Below, in pieces: positions 1-13,279 of a stretch of DNA of 64,000 nt (positions are counted from its first letter, which is position 1; the number at the start of each line of letters is the position of its first letter). A program made the position numbers and the translations under genes. Source of the stretch: Lama guanicoe (taxonomy: Eukaryota); NCBI GenBank assembly GCA_013239625.1, contig MU054323.1, forward strand, positions 7,305,220 through 7,369,219. The letters run 5' to 3'. The notes beneath the pieces are model-generated. The model saw only the letters and a list, made by a program, of their open reading frames with translations, did no database searches and was not told the DNA's origin.

Positions 1-599
1 AGCACCATCCAGGCAGGCCATGCACTGCACAGCTCCAGCACCCACTGTCATGGCCAAGGTCCAGGCCTGGACACAGTGCTTCCCGCCTGCCCTTAGAAGC
101 ATCCTTCTTCTTCCAAGCAGCCGTGCCAAGGGGAGAGACCTGCTCCTGGACCCACAGTCCCAACACAGCAGCATATGTCTACCATGGCGGTCCTACGCCA
201 AGCACAGCCCTGCTGCTCCTGGCACCAAGGCATCGTCCTCACCCACGCCAAGGGCTGCACCACAAAACCAGCACCAAATAAACACCCTTGCCAAGAACCC
301 TACCACCTTGACAGGCAGCTTTTAGTTTTTCCTCTATACTTTTAACTAGCTTTTGTTTTCTCCTTTATAGTTCTGACGTCCACAGTGGCCATGGATGAGG
401 TTTAAAACAACTTAAAAAAATTTTTTTTGAGGACTCCTATCATGAAAATGTCCTGGTATTATAACTGACATGGTCACCATCATCACTGCTTCAGTTACAA
501 AACTGTTGTGCAAAAGGACTGGGATTTTGAATATATACACCCAATTTGGCTACATTCTAAATCCAATTTAGCAAAAAATTGTTTGTTTGTTTTTAAGAA

Positions 600-3520
600 G
601 ACATAAAGTCACAAGATTGTGCTGAACAGAGAGGAGACACCAGCAACAAAATTTAGGGGTCTGGGAAGCAGACTGGTGACAGGCAAATTTCAGACAGCAC
701 ATGAAAAGTGATTTCTAACAGAGTCCTTTAAGGACACTTGGCATGACAGCACCATGTGTCTCTGGGACAAGGGGTGAAGAGGATGCACATGTGAAATTAA
801 AAAGGACTTAAAGAAAAGAAGTAAAGTCCCTAGGTCCACCTCCCCCAGAAGTCTGAAAGTTTCTTCTCTGGAGAGTGCAAACCAGAGGGTCTGTGCACAG
901 AGAGTCGACTAGTACAGTTAGAGCAAGGGTAATAAACCAAACCCAAAGAGATGAAAGTTATTTCAAATGCTAATATTGAGCCCCCTTGGCTGTCTCCCCA
1001 CTGGGCTCAGAGACCTTTATCTTCTCTGGAAAATCTAATTAGTGCAAGAGGAAAGGCCTAAGAATACAGATATTGACCCCAGAACCCAAATGATGTCCAA
1101 ATGGTCAACCAAGGTGGATCTGCAAGTCAGCCAGCCCCCACCTTCGTGTTCAAAGCTTCCAATCAGCTTTTTAGCTCCCTGTTCTTAATCCTGAAAGGAC
1201 AACCAAGGACCACTAGACATCCAAGGGAAGCCTTGAACTTAGAAGACAGAGACCAGAACAAATCAACCAAAATCAAAACCAAACACAACTGTGGGAAACA
1301 GACTTTACACACAGAGAAGGATACTACGAATGTGATGTTATTAAAAAAAAAAAAGTCAGAGAGCAAAAAAAGAACTCCTAGAAATAAAAATCATGCTAGT
1401 AGAAATACACAAGTCAACAGAGCGGGTATATCAAAAAAAAATAGAAAATAAGAAAAGAGAATTAGAGAGTTGGTCTGTACGTTTCCACATCAAGTAAAAT
1501 AGGAGTTACAGAAAGGAAAAAAAGAGAGAGAGAGAGGAGAAAGTTACCAATGAAATAATAATTCAAGAGAACTTCCCAGAACTGAAAGACATGAGTTACC
1601 AATCGAAAAGGCCCCCTGACTGCCCCAAACAGACAAAAACAGACCCGCACGAGACACATCACAGTGAAACTGCAGAACACTGGGACAAAGAGAAGATCCT
1701 ACAAGTTTCTAAAGGGAGAAAAAGGTGATGTATAAAGTTTCAGGAATCAGAATGACTTCAGACTGCTCAGTGTTCATACTGAAAGCCTGAAGACAGAGGA
1801 CCAATACCCTTTCAATTCTTAAAACAATTCTCCAGTTAGAACTCTTAACCCAGCCTAATGATCGTTTCAGTGTGAGAGGAGAATAAAGGTATTTTCAGAT
1901 ACTCCTCTCTCAAGAAGAAGGGGAAGATGTCCTTTAAGACACAGCAGACAAGGGAAGGGAGGCTCTGGGATGAGGTGCACAGAGTCCAGGTGAAGTCATA
2001 GAAGGTCACTGTTCAGATGTATGGCCACAGGGCTTGGGACTCAGGCACGTGGAGTGCTGTCGCCGCCAGGTCCTCTGCCACCAACCGGCTTTTGAACCTG
2101 ACAAAACTACTGGTGTCAACTTGCTGTTCTTAGTCTGCTGTCTGAACTCAGGAACTGAATGGATTAGAATAAAGATAGGTATCTGTCCCAGGCAGTGGGC
2201 TCCAAACAAGAGAGTTAACCAAGCAAGAAGACGACGTGAGCTCCAGAAAACAAGAATTCCAACCAGGAGGAAGGGGAAGGGAATGCTGAGGATGCCCATG
2301 TAAGATGTCCCAGAACGGCAGTTACAACGTGCCCCACGCCCAGAGAGCAAGAGAGTGGAGAACTCAAAAAATGGAACTGAAACATAACACTTGCTGTGAC
2401 TGCCCTTGTGGAAAGCCATACAGACAGCTATTAGAAGGTGTGGCAGGAATTAGCGAAAGGTATAAAGAAAATAAGGCAGGGGAGGAAACGAGGTAATTGT
2501 TCATTTCAAGGGGGGAGAAAAAGGAAACTTTTCTAGGACAATGTAAGATTCAGCTGTGAATAGCTGCATTCGTTGATTTAAAAAATAACGCTGTATATAT
2601 CACACACACATACGTACGCGTGTGGATGTGTATAGATTATGTGCTGTATTAATTTCCTGTTGCTGCCGTTATGAGTTACCACAGATTAATGGCTTAAAGC
2701 AACACAGATTTGTGCCTTGCAGTTCCGGAAGTCAGAAGTCCAAAATGGTTCTCGTCACTGGGCTGAAATCAAGGTGTTGGCAGGCTGTGTTCTTTTCTGG
2801 AAGCCCTGGGGAGAATCCATTTCCTTGACTTTTCAGCTTCGGGAGGCTGCTCACATTCCTGGGCTCCTGGCCCCGCTCCATCCTCAATGCCAACAACGGC
2901 CAGTCTTTCCCCCATTGCGTTACTCTGACTCTCCTGCCTCTGTCACTGACTTCTAAGGACCCTGTGATGACACGGAGCCCACCCAGATGATTCAGGCAGG
3001 ATAAACCTCCCTCCCCATCTCAAGATCCTTAGCTTAATCACCTCTGCAAAGTCTTTCTTGCTACAGAAGGTGACACATTCACAGGGACAGGGGATTAGGA
3101 CATGGCCGTCTTAGGGGAGCCATTACCATGCCTGCTACATGCATACATATGCAGATATTGCTAAATGCATAAAACATTTTCCAAAAACCCTGGTAAGGTA
3201 CTGTTAATAGTATGCCTACCAGGAGAATGACTTAGGAGGGTGGCTGGGCAGAGAGCCATGGTCAGCCATATGAGAGAGCTAAATCCTTATTTACTAAATA
3301 GGAAATCAATGGAAAATGTCTACAGTGGAAGAGTCAAAAATACGCACATTACTCAGATCCATGAGATATAAAGTTACTAGAAGGAACAGCTAAAAGTGGT
3401 TTCCTCTAGAAGAAGGTGGGAATAGGCAAGGAACAACTGTATTTGGTGAAGAGATGTTAGTCCTATCTGACTTCTTAAATCATATGCATTACTGTGAGAA
3501 AACAAAAAATAACTTTTAAA
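600..3520 (+). mobile_element. Ancient HAL1/L1M-type LINE relic (ORF1-like part at about 1350-1910), fragmented and interrupted by an MLT1 LTR
   Basis: A-rich decayed ORF1-like motifs, e.g. GAGAACTTCCCAGAACTGAAAGACATGAG and GAGACACATCACAGTGAAACTGCAGAACAC...GAGAAGATCCTAC. Confidence 0.65.
2645..3139 (-). mobile_element. MaLR solo LTR (MLT1C/D-like)
   Basis: Starts TGTATTAATTTCCTGTTGCTGCC...GGCTTAAAGCAACACAGATTT, contains AGATCCTTAGCTTAATCACCTCTGCAAAGTC, and ends in CA. Confidence 0.8.
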
Positions 3521-4749
3521 AAGAGAGAATGGGTCTGGGAATAAAGGCTTACATCCCAGCTGCAACCATTGGCTGCACCCTCCACCCTCCTCCGTAAGAG
3601 TGCAACTAAGTCCCTCCATCTCTCTAACTCTATGAAACCATCACGTTCCACATAATAACCATCATCATCTCTTCACACCCACACAGAGTTCCATCCATCA
3701 CCAGCTATAAAAGTGGTACCTCCCTCCTCACCCCCACCACGCCCCTCACGAAATGCTAATTCTCCCAATACATCATTTCCACCAAGTCCAGCCCATGCAC
3801 AGCATGGTGTGCCTCCCCTACATTCCTCCCAAACTGTACCCCATGCCATCGCTGCCCACATCCCTAACCACAGCCCCGGCTCACTCATCAGCACATCTCA
3901 GACCCAAGACCCACAATTCAACCATCTCCTGGAGCCTCCAGACCGTCCCGGCTGTATCAACGCCCACCTCTGCCACCACACCGTCCCCAGTATCATTCCT
4001 ACCCTCCTCCCCAACCCCAACCCCAGCAGCACCCCCTGAACTAATAACCCCAAAGTCTCACCTCCAAGCCTGTTCCAACCAGCGCCAACTAGAGTGTCAC
4101 CCCACGGTCTCACCTCCACAAGGGCCCATGTGGAATTATCCTCTTACAGAAACAAAACCGTAATTGCCCACAGACCCAAATCCTCTCTCCATCAAAAGCA
4201 ATCCTAATGTTACCACCATAAGAACCCCTCCTGCTCCATCTCAAGTCCTCTACTTGAATTGCTGAAAAATACCTGACCATCTCTGGACCAGGTCCCCCTT
4301 TACCCCTCTGTCTGAGGCCTGCTTTTCTCGTGGTGGGCTTTGCTGGTTTCATTCTTTCTAGTTACATTTCTCTCCTTTCCAGTGGGGGCTTGTGGTGTCT
4401 GCACTGACCCCACCCCTCACCCAAGTCACAGAGTGAGCATGTGTTCAGGCAGCGCCAATCAGAGGCCTCCCAGGAATGTTTTGGTGCAAAGGAAAGATGC
4501 TAAGATAATGGGATGTGAGTCAGGAGCTGCTGGCTGAGAACAAAGGGATGGAGACAGAGGGATGGAACACTGAGTCACCGTCTGGGCCCCTGGATCCAGC
4601 TGTACCTGGAGGTAGGGCATCTCTGAACCTTTGGGTAATGTGAGTCTTTCCCGACTTCGGTGTGAGTGAGTCTGTGCCTTGCGGCTGACAGCCCTGACTC
4701 ATATGCTAATCTCGACCTCCAGAAGTCTTCCCTGGGAGGCCCGGCTGGC

Positions 4750-4955
4750 TGCGTGGGTTCAAATCCTAGCCTTATTTGTATTGTCTGTCTGACCTGAGGC
4801 ATCACTGTGCCTCAGTTTTCTCACCTGTAAAACGGGGAAAGTAACAGTAGTCACTTCACGGGCCTATTGTGAGAGTTAACATGAGATGTGGTAAAAATGC
4901 TTAGAAGAGTGCCTGGCCCAAAGAAAATACTCAATAAACATTAACGATTATTAGT
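4750..4955 (+). mobile_element. MIR SINE
   Basis: Core GCCTCAGTTTTCTCACCTGTAAAACGGG and tail GTGCCTGGC...CTCAATAAACATT. Confidence 0.85.
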
Positions 4956-5059
4956 CCCTGACTAATCCAGACCACAGTTTTCTCTCCTTTCTAGAAATCC
5001 CATGAGTGTACTTTACTCAAACAGGATTTCAAACGGGGCGTGAACTGACTGTGTTCTGA

Positions 5060-5700
5060 CAACATGCCCTGTGCACAGTACTTTACAGTTTCAACAACTT
5101 GTTCACCCTCATGCCTCACTCCAACCCTTTGAAGTGCAGACTGTTTCTACCCCCAGTCTCTCGATGAGAAGAATGAGGTGTAGGTTAACAAAGCTGCCAA
5201 AGGTCACACAGTTCGTGAGTGGTGCAGCCAGACACAAACCCTTCCCCGGCTGAAGCCCCCAGGTTCCTACTCCAACACGAGCTCTTCCAGTTAGCACGGG
5301 ACTGCTGCAGACATACTAACTTTCAGCAAAGTTTCCAGTTAGTCTCCCTTCCCTGGTAAGGCCTGTCCACTGTGAGGGCAGGGGGAGGGGTGGGAGCAGG
5401 CAGTGCAACCTTCTAATCACCATATTCGGTGCCCTGCCCAATGCAGGAGTCATGCATTCATTTGTTCCTTCCACTGTTTACTGAGCACCTACTGTGTGTC
5501 AGGTACTGTGCTAAGGGCCGTGCATTGTCCCGTATCATACGCATCAACAATCCCATGACGTCAGTTCTATTATTATTTCCATTTTATAGAAAAAGAAACT
5601 GAGGCTTGGAGACATTTATTACCTCCCTTGGGTAGCGCGGGTAGAAAGTCCCAGGGCAGGATTCTGAATTCAGGTCCATGTAATTTGAGAGTCCTCACCA
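5060..5700 (-). mobile_element. Two MIR fragments plus an L2/MIR tail
   Basis: Contains CATTTTATAGAAAAAGAAACTGAGGCTT, AAGGTCACACAGTTCGTGAGTGGTGCAGCC and TTTACTGAGCACCTACTGTGTGTCAGG. Confidence 0.75.
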
Positions 5701-6904
5701 ACACGGAGACACCCAGTCATGGATGAGCATAAGCACAGACCCCCGATCAGCGATCTGTGCCCCCGTGATAACAGCCCACAGCCCACAGACAACAGCCTCA
5801 TGGCTGGATTTCCTACTTAAGTTCGGGAGGAGGTACAAGTGAGTCCTGTGGGTGACAGAAGACAGGAGAGTGTCTTGTGCCCCACACCCCCAATCATCTG
5901 CCAGGGTGCTGATAAGCTTGGTAAGCTGGGGGCCGGCAGAAAGCTGGGGGAGACATCAGGGCCTCCTAGACAGAGATGTTTATCTGCCAAGTTTTCCCCC
6001 GCCCGCTACAGCCTCTCTGGGTCACAAGACTGGGCTGGATCCGGAGGAGGGGAGGTCCCAGCGCCACCCTCTGTTGGTCATTCCATTTCAACACGAGGGA
6101 GATGCACGTCATCATGCCATCACTCTGACTTCCAGAAACACCCCTCCCACCCGAACCACCAGCTGCCCGGAGAATACCAAAAGCCACCGCGGCAACAAGC
6201 CAACAGTCCTGCCACCCTGTTCCCCACTTCAAAGCCCATCTGTCTGGCTTTTGGAGTCAAAAAGATGACTTACGGCTCTCACACCACCCTCGAGGCCATG
6301 GTGCTACCAGCACGAGCATTTATGATCACCCAAATGCTGCTACTGTGGTGGCCACAAGGGCAGAGATGGGTTGAATCAGACTCCTCTGCTCATACTCATG
6401 TTACCATGACACAGCCCCAAAAGCAGGGATAAAAAAAAAAAGGTTTGTGCCTGAAATAGATGCTGGTAAGGAGCTGAAGTTGCTCTCGGGAGCCAAAATG
6501 AGCTGGTATAGAGTTCCATATAGGAGCACGCATTTCCGACCGTGGTGAGTCAGAAGGAGCCCTACTGGGGGTCATGTGTGCCTAGGCAGTCGGATGGGCT
6601 TCCCACACCCCGGGAGGCAGCGTGCAGGGTGGCCAGGCTGCAAGTCCATGTGAGAATCAACCACGTGGGCCCCGGTGGGGTCTGCTGTCTGAGAAGCCAC
6701 GAGCCTGGCTGATTGTGATCTCCCCCCTCCCCCTCCCCAGGGGGTCCACAGCCCACACCTGTGTGATTCTCAGCTTTACAAGCCTACTCTAAAGAATGGT
6801 CCACACTTCCAGCTCCAGAGCCTCTTCGCTCACTCTCCCCTTGATCCCTGTGTTTGGTTCCCCCCCTCCCCATATCTCTGAGGCACTCTTGGGGCACTAA
6901 ATTT

Positions 6905-7735
6905 TGTAATCCCTCAAGTGGACACCACAAGGATTCTACTAGAAGATAAGTCATCCACCTGGCTTTTGGGGACCCCCTTATGCCACTGAACCAACAGACA
7001 AAAAAAAAAAGGAGTTACTCCAAGAGCTGGAGTGATTGATCCTAGTTGCCAAGGAGAAACTGGCTCGCTGGTACAGAGTAGAGGGCAGGAAGATAATTCC
7101 TGGAACACAGAGGATTCTCTCAGGTACCTCTTAGAACTTCCATACCCAAAAGTAAGAGTTAATGAAAAACTACAGTAACAAAACAAACCAAAAAAAGGGC
7201 AGGACAGCCAAGGATTCAGATCCTTCAAGAATCAAGGCTTGCGTCACTCCACCAGGTAGAAAGCCCGCCCTGCTGAGGTTCCAGCTGAGAGCAGAGGAAA
7301 TACAGGATGGGAAGCGAGAGAAGGAAGCCGGGTATTAGACGTGGCCTTGTGAACAAATATAGAAATGAGAACCGTAGTAGTTTTGTATACTTTCTGTTTA
7401 CTTGATATATATGTGTGTTTATTTGTACATGGCAACCATTTTCTTCTTTTTTCTCCTTCTTCCCATCACTTACATACAAGTTGCAGGAAGTTAGCTTTAT
7501 AATTTAGTCTTTAGGTAACAGAATACTTAGTGGGGCTGAGGCTGAATTTGAGATGTTATCTGTGTAGGCAGTCTTGGTACAGTGAGTGCTGGGACTCCTC
7601 CTTTGGAAGAAAGGGTGAGAACAAGCAGGACAGCTGTGTCTTGATCGGTAGAAGTGCAACTATATTGTTGTTGCAGCAGAGCACAAATGTGTGTAAAAGG
7701 GTGCAGGTGGACGCTGGGTAGCCACAGTAGCAGAT
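6905..7735 (+). mobile_element. ERV-L internal remnant, including a decayed dUTPase region and the 3' untranslated part
   Basis: From 7026 it translates as AGVIDPSCQGETGSLVQSRGQEDNSWNTEDSLRYLLELPYPKVRVNEKLQ*, resembling ERV-L AGVIDPDYQGEIGLLLHNGG...WNTGD.LGRLL.LP.PV.KVNGKLQ. Broken by stops and frameshifts. Confidence 0.8.
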
Positions 7736-8534
7736 TGTGCCAGTTAATTTATTCACCCTTCATCGCCTGCTCTGTGAAAATTGAGCTAGGCCCTTCAAGT
7801 ATTTCTCCTTTGGCCAGGTGGTGTGACATCATGCTCTGTCAGTAGAGGGCAGCAGAGAGACACTGAAGGTGGTGTTTCCTTTCCTAGAACCAATGTACTC
7901 TCTGGGAGAACTCCTGCATTGTTCTGCATACAACTTCAGCAGCCAGATCCTGCTGCCCCTCTGGCTTCCCTAGTGCCCAATCCTGTCCTGTCACAGCTTC
8001 TCCAGCATGCAGCTCCTGCAGCATGCAACTTCCCAGTGCCCAGCTCCTGCAGCAAAGGTGCTTCTCCAGCACCCAGCTCGAGCAGTGTGTGACCGTCAAC
8101 AGCAGCCAGCAGCTTCACCCAACACTCCCCATGGGTAGTTTAGTAGCACTGTGCCTCCAGCAAGAAAATTCTTGATGAACAACTCTCCTTGGGACCCAAA
8201 AGGATGGATTTCCAGTGAGTTCCAGGAGGCAGGTTTCCTGCCAACATGGCACCAATTGACTTCTCTGTCATCCAGGGAGCCATGACCATGCCCTCTCCAT
8301 CAAGGTCAGGACCTCAGCCGCGGGGCCTCTTCCTTGAGCTCTCCATGGCAACCCTAGGTGCAGTGGCTGCTCTCATATATGCTATTTCTGTATTCTTCAC
8401 AGTTCTTTTACTTCTTACCAGCCAATCTCTCAATACTCCAATCCCCCATTACCGTTAATAAGTCTTTATATTAAACTTTTCCTGTTCACATCACTATGTG
8501 GTTTCTGTCTCCTGAATTGACCCTGACTGATACA
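7736..8534 (+). mobile_element. ERV-L 3' LTR (LTR41-like)
   Basis: Contains TATTTCTCCTTTG...TGTCAGTAGAGGGC and ends CTTTATATTAAACTTTTCCTGTTCA...CCCTGACTGATACA. Directly abuts the ERV-L internal remnant. Confidence 0.75.
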
Positions 8535-9294
8535 GTCACCCAGGGCCTCAAAGGGCCTTTTTCCATCCTTACCGTCCTTGAGCTCAATTCCGCCTCCTTG
8601 CCAGCTAATCATTTCCTGCTTCAAGCACTCACTCAGCAATCATTTACTGAGTGCCACTGCAGAGCTGGGCACTGGGGTGACAGGTGACCCTTGCTTTTGC
8701 AAGTCCACAAGCAAGGGGATTCTCTGGCTCTCTCCCAACTTGGCACCATGCTCTTGGTCCTCTCCCACCCCTCAGCCTCCTCCGCTGCCTCCTGGGCTGA
8801 CTGGGGTCTTGCTCCCACTACTTAATGCACAGTGGGTACCCCTCTCGGGTCACACTCTGCTTCAGCTGTACTCTAAGTTCTCCTCCGCTCAGACACCTGG
8901 GCTTAAACGAATGCAGACTTCTACTGCAAGGCTTCCATCTTTATCCTCTGGACATCCCCACCTGGATGACTTGCAGTTACCTAAAATCCTACTCTTCTAG
9001 AACCAGATGTTTCCTCTAGCTCCTCTGTGTGGAAGTGGCAGCACCCTCCCCTTAGCTGCCAGTGCCCCAAACCCTGGAGAGAACTGAGGTCCCACCCCCT
9101 CACTTCAGTCACCAGGCGCCTGATCCTCAGACCTCTGTTCTCCACCCCTGCCCTCCAGGCTCTCAGCACCACAGGTCTAGACTCTGGCAGGTATTCCATA
9201 ACACATTTCCCTGCCTCTGGTATCTCAACCTCTCACCCCAGCTTCTCAGCAAAGATCTTCTACACAAGGCTTTCTTAATCAAAACCTCTGACGC

Positions 9295-9432
9295 CTGATG
9301 AAAATGTTCTGAAATTCATTGTGATGGTTGCACAACTCCATGAACATATTAAAAACTGCCAAATTGCACACTTTAAATGAGTGAAACTGTATGGTATGTG
9401 AATTATATCTCAATAAAGCTGTTATCTTAAAA
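9295..9432 (+). mobile_element. L1M 3' terminal fragment
   Basis: GATGAAAATGTTCTGAAATT...GGTATGTGAATTATATCTCAATAAAGCTGTT. Confidence 0.8.
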
Positions 9433-11051
9433 ATCCCTATGATGCCAGTGATTTTCCCACACTGTAAAACCTACACTCTGGTCTGTCCTACACTGATGGC
9501 TCGAAAAGTATGGCCTCATGCTATTGTTCTGACCTGGCCCCCACCTCTCCCAGCAGACTCCATCATTCCAGGGCCAGTCACTGGTCCCCAGCTCACATCC
9601 CCTGTTCCCACACTTGTGTCTCCACTCACACTATTCTCTCCTCCAAGAGGAGAGCTCCTCCCAGAGGACCTCCCAGCTCCCCTCTCCCCAGCTCTCAGCA
9701 TCCCCTAACCCCTATTGCTTCTCCTCCACCACCCATCCAGGGGTCTGTAATCAGTGTCTGTTGTGTGGTTATCTAGCTTTTCACATGCATATGGATGCAT
9801 TTGTTTTCCCAAACAGATGATGTCAGAGTTCATGTCCTGCACCTTGCTCTTCTGCCACCCGCCCCTCTCTCTCCTCCCTGTTCTGGGTGACCCTGGAGGC
9901 AGAGAGGACTGTGTGAAATCACTCCCAGGCAGCTGCAACATCCCCAGCACAGTGCTGCGGTGCCTAGAGTGACCCCCCACAACCCCCATTCTAGGGGTCG
10001 CTTGGCAGAGTTCCCCAAGGCACTGTGCCAACGGGAAGGCCCCTGTTCCACCTTCCCTGGGCCAGGACGTATACCTGCTATGGGGTTTGAGGGCCCCACC
10101 AGCCCCCAGATGCTCAGGGCCAAGGGGGTCATGAGGGTCCTAGGTCAGGGTGCGTGTGAGCCATAGGAAGCAGGGGGAACTGGCCTCCCACCAGCCCAGG
10201 CCCTTCGGGGCTGGTCCCCAGCTTGCCTGTGACCACTCTCTTCCCACACCATTCACACAATGCTCCGCACCTGCACTTTTTCACAGTCCTCCCAGACCAC
10301 CCAGTTGACCCCCTCCCAGGCCCAAACCAGGAGGTTCCCCCAGAGGGGCTTCAGGGTCTGGGAGCTGCTGCTGGAGCACAGCCCCTCCCCACCCACGAAA
10401 GCAGGAAAGAGCTCACTGCTGTCAGAACTACCCACTTGTCCCTGGTTTGCTTTCTCCTCACCTTCTGTGCCAACCAAAACCAAACCTATTGTTGCAGGGG
10501 GTGGGGATGAGGTCGAGAGGAGAAAAGCCCAGGATTCTGGGCAGCACATCCCAGAATCACTAGCCCCTGACCCAGCGGCCCTGGAGCAGTTCATCCACCC
10601 CTTCAGCCCTAAGAGGGCTCAAAGGGAATCCACCTCAAACCCTGGGTCTGCCACTCACTTTACCAGTCTGTACAATGGGGTGAATAAGAGCCCTACCTCC
10701 TACATCTATTTTAAGATACAAGAGAATCTGAGTCATGTGTTTAGCATGGTGCCTGGCACATAGTAGGCATTCAAAAAATATTAATTTTTTTAAAAAAGTA
10801 TTACGTCACTAATCAGGGCGAAAGGCTGGTAAAGTGTCCTTAGGAAACCTAGCCTCTAGTTTAAGACCACACCCAGGAATGGCTCTCGCTGGCTCCCAGG
10901 TGCGGCTGCTGTGGCATGACCCAGTGTCCTCTCTCCAGCTAACGCCGCGAGGCTTCCCCTAATCCCCAGCCCAAGGGCCTCCGCAACCAGAATAAAGGAC
11001 CTCTTCACCTGCACCCTTAACCTGCCACAGTGGCCTTAGGGGTCAGGCACC

Positions 11052-11195
11052 TACAGACACACACATCGGCCCACACAGATGCACTCACACAGACACAGAC
11101 ACACACAGAAAGGCACATATGCACACACATATAGACTCACAGACAAAGACACAGACGCGCTCACACATGTGGGGACACACGCTCTCTCACACATC
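11052..11195. repeat. Degenerate CA-rich microsatellite
   Basis: Interrupted CACACA/CAGACA runs. Confidence 0.75.
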
Positions 11196-13279
11196 AGGCC
11201 CCGGGACCCCGGAGCAGGAGGACTCCCGGCGAGGCCTCCCCACACATGAGTCGCACATTTCACCTAAAGTGTGGGCCAAAGAGGCATTTGGAAACCAGCT
11301 TGGGAACCTCATAACCATTCATAACATTGTTCCGAGAGAAAATACAAAACATTGCCCTATAAACAAACATTTGCAATAGAATTTCTCCAAGAGCTAGGAA
11401 TCGCCTGTGCTAGAAAACTAACAGAGCAAGAAGATAACAACCACATAAACTTAGTTTGCCTCTGCAAAATTAATACCAATTACAAAAACATTTATGTGAA
11501 CTGCTTGCCATTTACACCTAATTACCATGCAGCACAATTATGCATACCATTAAGGGTATGCCAGATTAATTAGGCTGTACGTTTTGTGTGATTACACCCC
11601 CACACCCTCAGTCCACATATGCCCAGCTTCCAGAGGGCAGCCTCTGTGACCAGGGGACATGAGCAGGTCTGTAGCGACCAGAGAAACATGGGCTTCCAAA
11701 CTCAAGTTGACAGTGGTCCCCGTCCACCACACCCACCCCAGCCAGAGACAGCCTGACTCGGGCCCAGGCTTTCTTGCCAATGTCACCACCACAGAAGCCC
11801 CTGCTGAGAAGCCATCTTCCCACCAGAGCCTCTTTTGAAAGGCAGAGATGCTTCAAAAGTCTCCCGGTCGGTGTGGCTGCATGTCGTCGCAGGGACCAGG
11901 AAACAGCCCAATGGCCACCACGGGTGCCCGCTCACAGAGGAAGCTAGCCTCACCATCCAGACCAAAGTCACCCGGAACTCATGTCTCAGACTCCACCAGG
12001 GCCCTGCACCCCTTTCCCTGGCACATGGAGCCAGCTACTGGGCAAGGTCCCAGCTGTGGTCCGCCCAGGCCCTGGACGGGTCAGAGCCTCTCCCTCCCTT
12101 GCCCTCTGCTCCCCACACAGCCATGGCCACCCTGCGCTGACCCCCACCTCCCTTCATTAAAATGAGAAAAGGAACTGGCCCCACCCCAATTCCCATTTAG
12201 CTCAGCAGATGCTCTTCAAATACACTGGGGTGACCCAGGTTTGGGAAACAAGGGAGTCAGTGGAACATGGTAAGTGGAGCTTCCCAGGAACCAGGAACTC
12301 AAAGCTGACAGGGGGACAGGCAGGACAGAGAAAGAAGAGGCTCAGCAAGTGAGAAGGGAGAAGGGCGAGCCCGGGGGGCCGTGTCTCCTCGGAGCCAGGC
12401 AGGGACCAGGCTCCGCTGAATTTTAATCCTCAAACACCTGTGAGACCAACGGCAGAAGGATTCTTTTAAAACACAAGTGACATAAAATATCCAAGTTTAG
12501 GGCAAGAAGCAGTGTTTGAAACAAACAAATGACAATCCAAGCCTGTGAAGGTGTCTCCATTTTGCAGGTGGCAAAACTGAGGCTAAGAGAGGTTAAGTGA
12601 TCTGCCTGAGGACTTGGGTAGGAGGTGGCAACACCAAGGGGAAACCACTGTCTGTTCAGTACCGAGTCTCGTGGCCTCTGCCTGGGTTCAGTGATGCTGA
12701 CCTGGCTCACATCATTTTTCTAGGAATTCTCTGAAAACAGCCCTTCCGGTTACACACAAAAGACTCATATTTTTACTTTAGAGAAACAGTTTTTGTTTCT
12801 TTTCTCTTTGCTTACCCAAACTGCTCTCCCCAGCTTATCCCCACCTACCTTGGGAGACCTGCCTCTGAATGGAAGGTGGATGTCAGCTTTGCAATGTACA
12901 CACCACTGTCAGAGGCCGATGAGACTGACCTGGGGTGCTGTGGTCGAGGAATTGAGGAACAGGGTCTTGGCCTTGTGGCTCATCTTTTGGGGGAGATCCA
13001 GAGAAGCAGAAGCCCCACTCAGGCCCCCAACATCAGTATCCCCAATGTACGTGGTCTGAACGCCTGGTTAAGTCACTTTCCTCCTGAAAAATCTATAGGG
13101 ATTGCTACCAGTTTGGGAATAAAATGTGCCTACCTTTCAAATCCATCACCTGGACCCTGCCCCTCCCTGGGGCCCCCACATCTGGGCCTGGTGACACAGG
13201 TGCTCTCTCCTTCTGCAAGCCTGGCCCACTTGTGCAAATCCTAACCACCCTCAGTCCCATCCCCGGTCCTGCCTCCCAT

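Noticed and set aside
3640..4290. C/A-rich strand-asymmetric stretch with overlapping Pro/Ser/His-rich ORFs
   Set aside because: Low-complexity sequence with no clear periodic unit, splice structure or homology I can recognise.
11542..11568. Small inverted repeat GCATACC-N6-GGTATGC
   Set aside because: A 7-bp stem is within chance expectation, and it may be a DNA-transposon remnant; too short for an RNA gene call.
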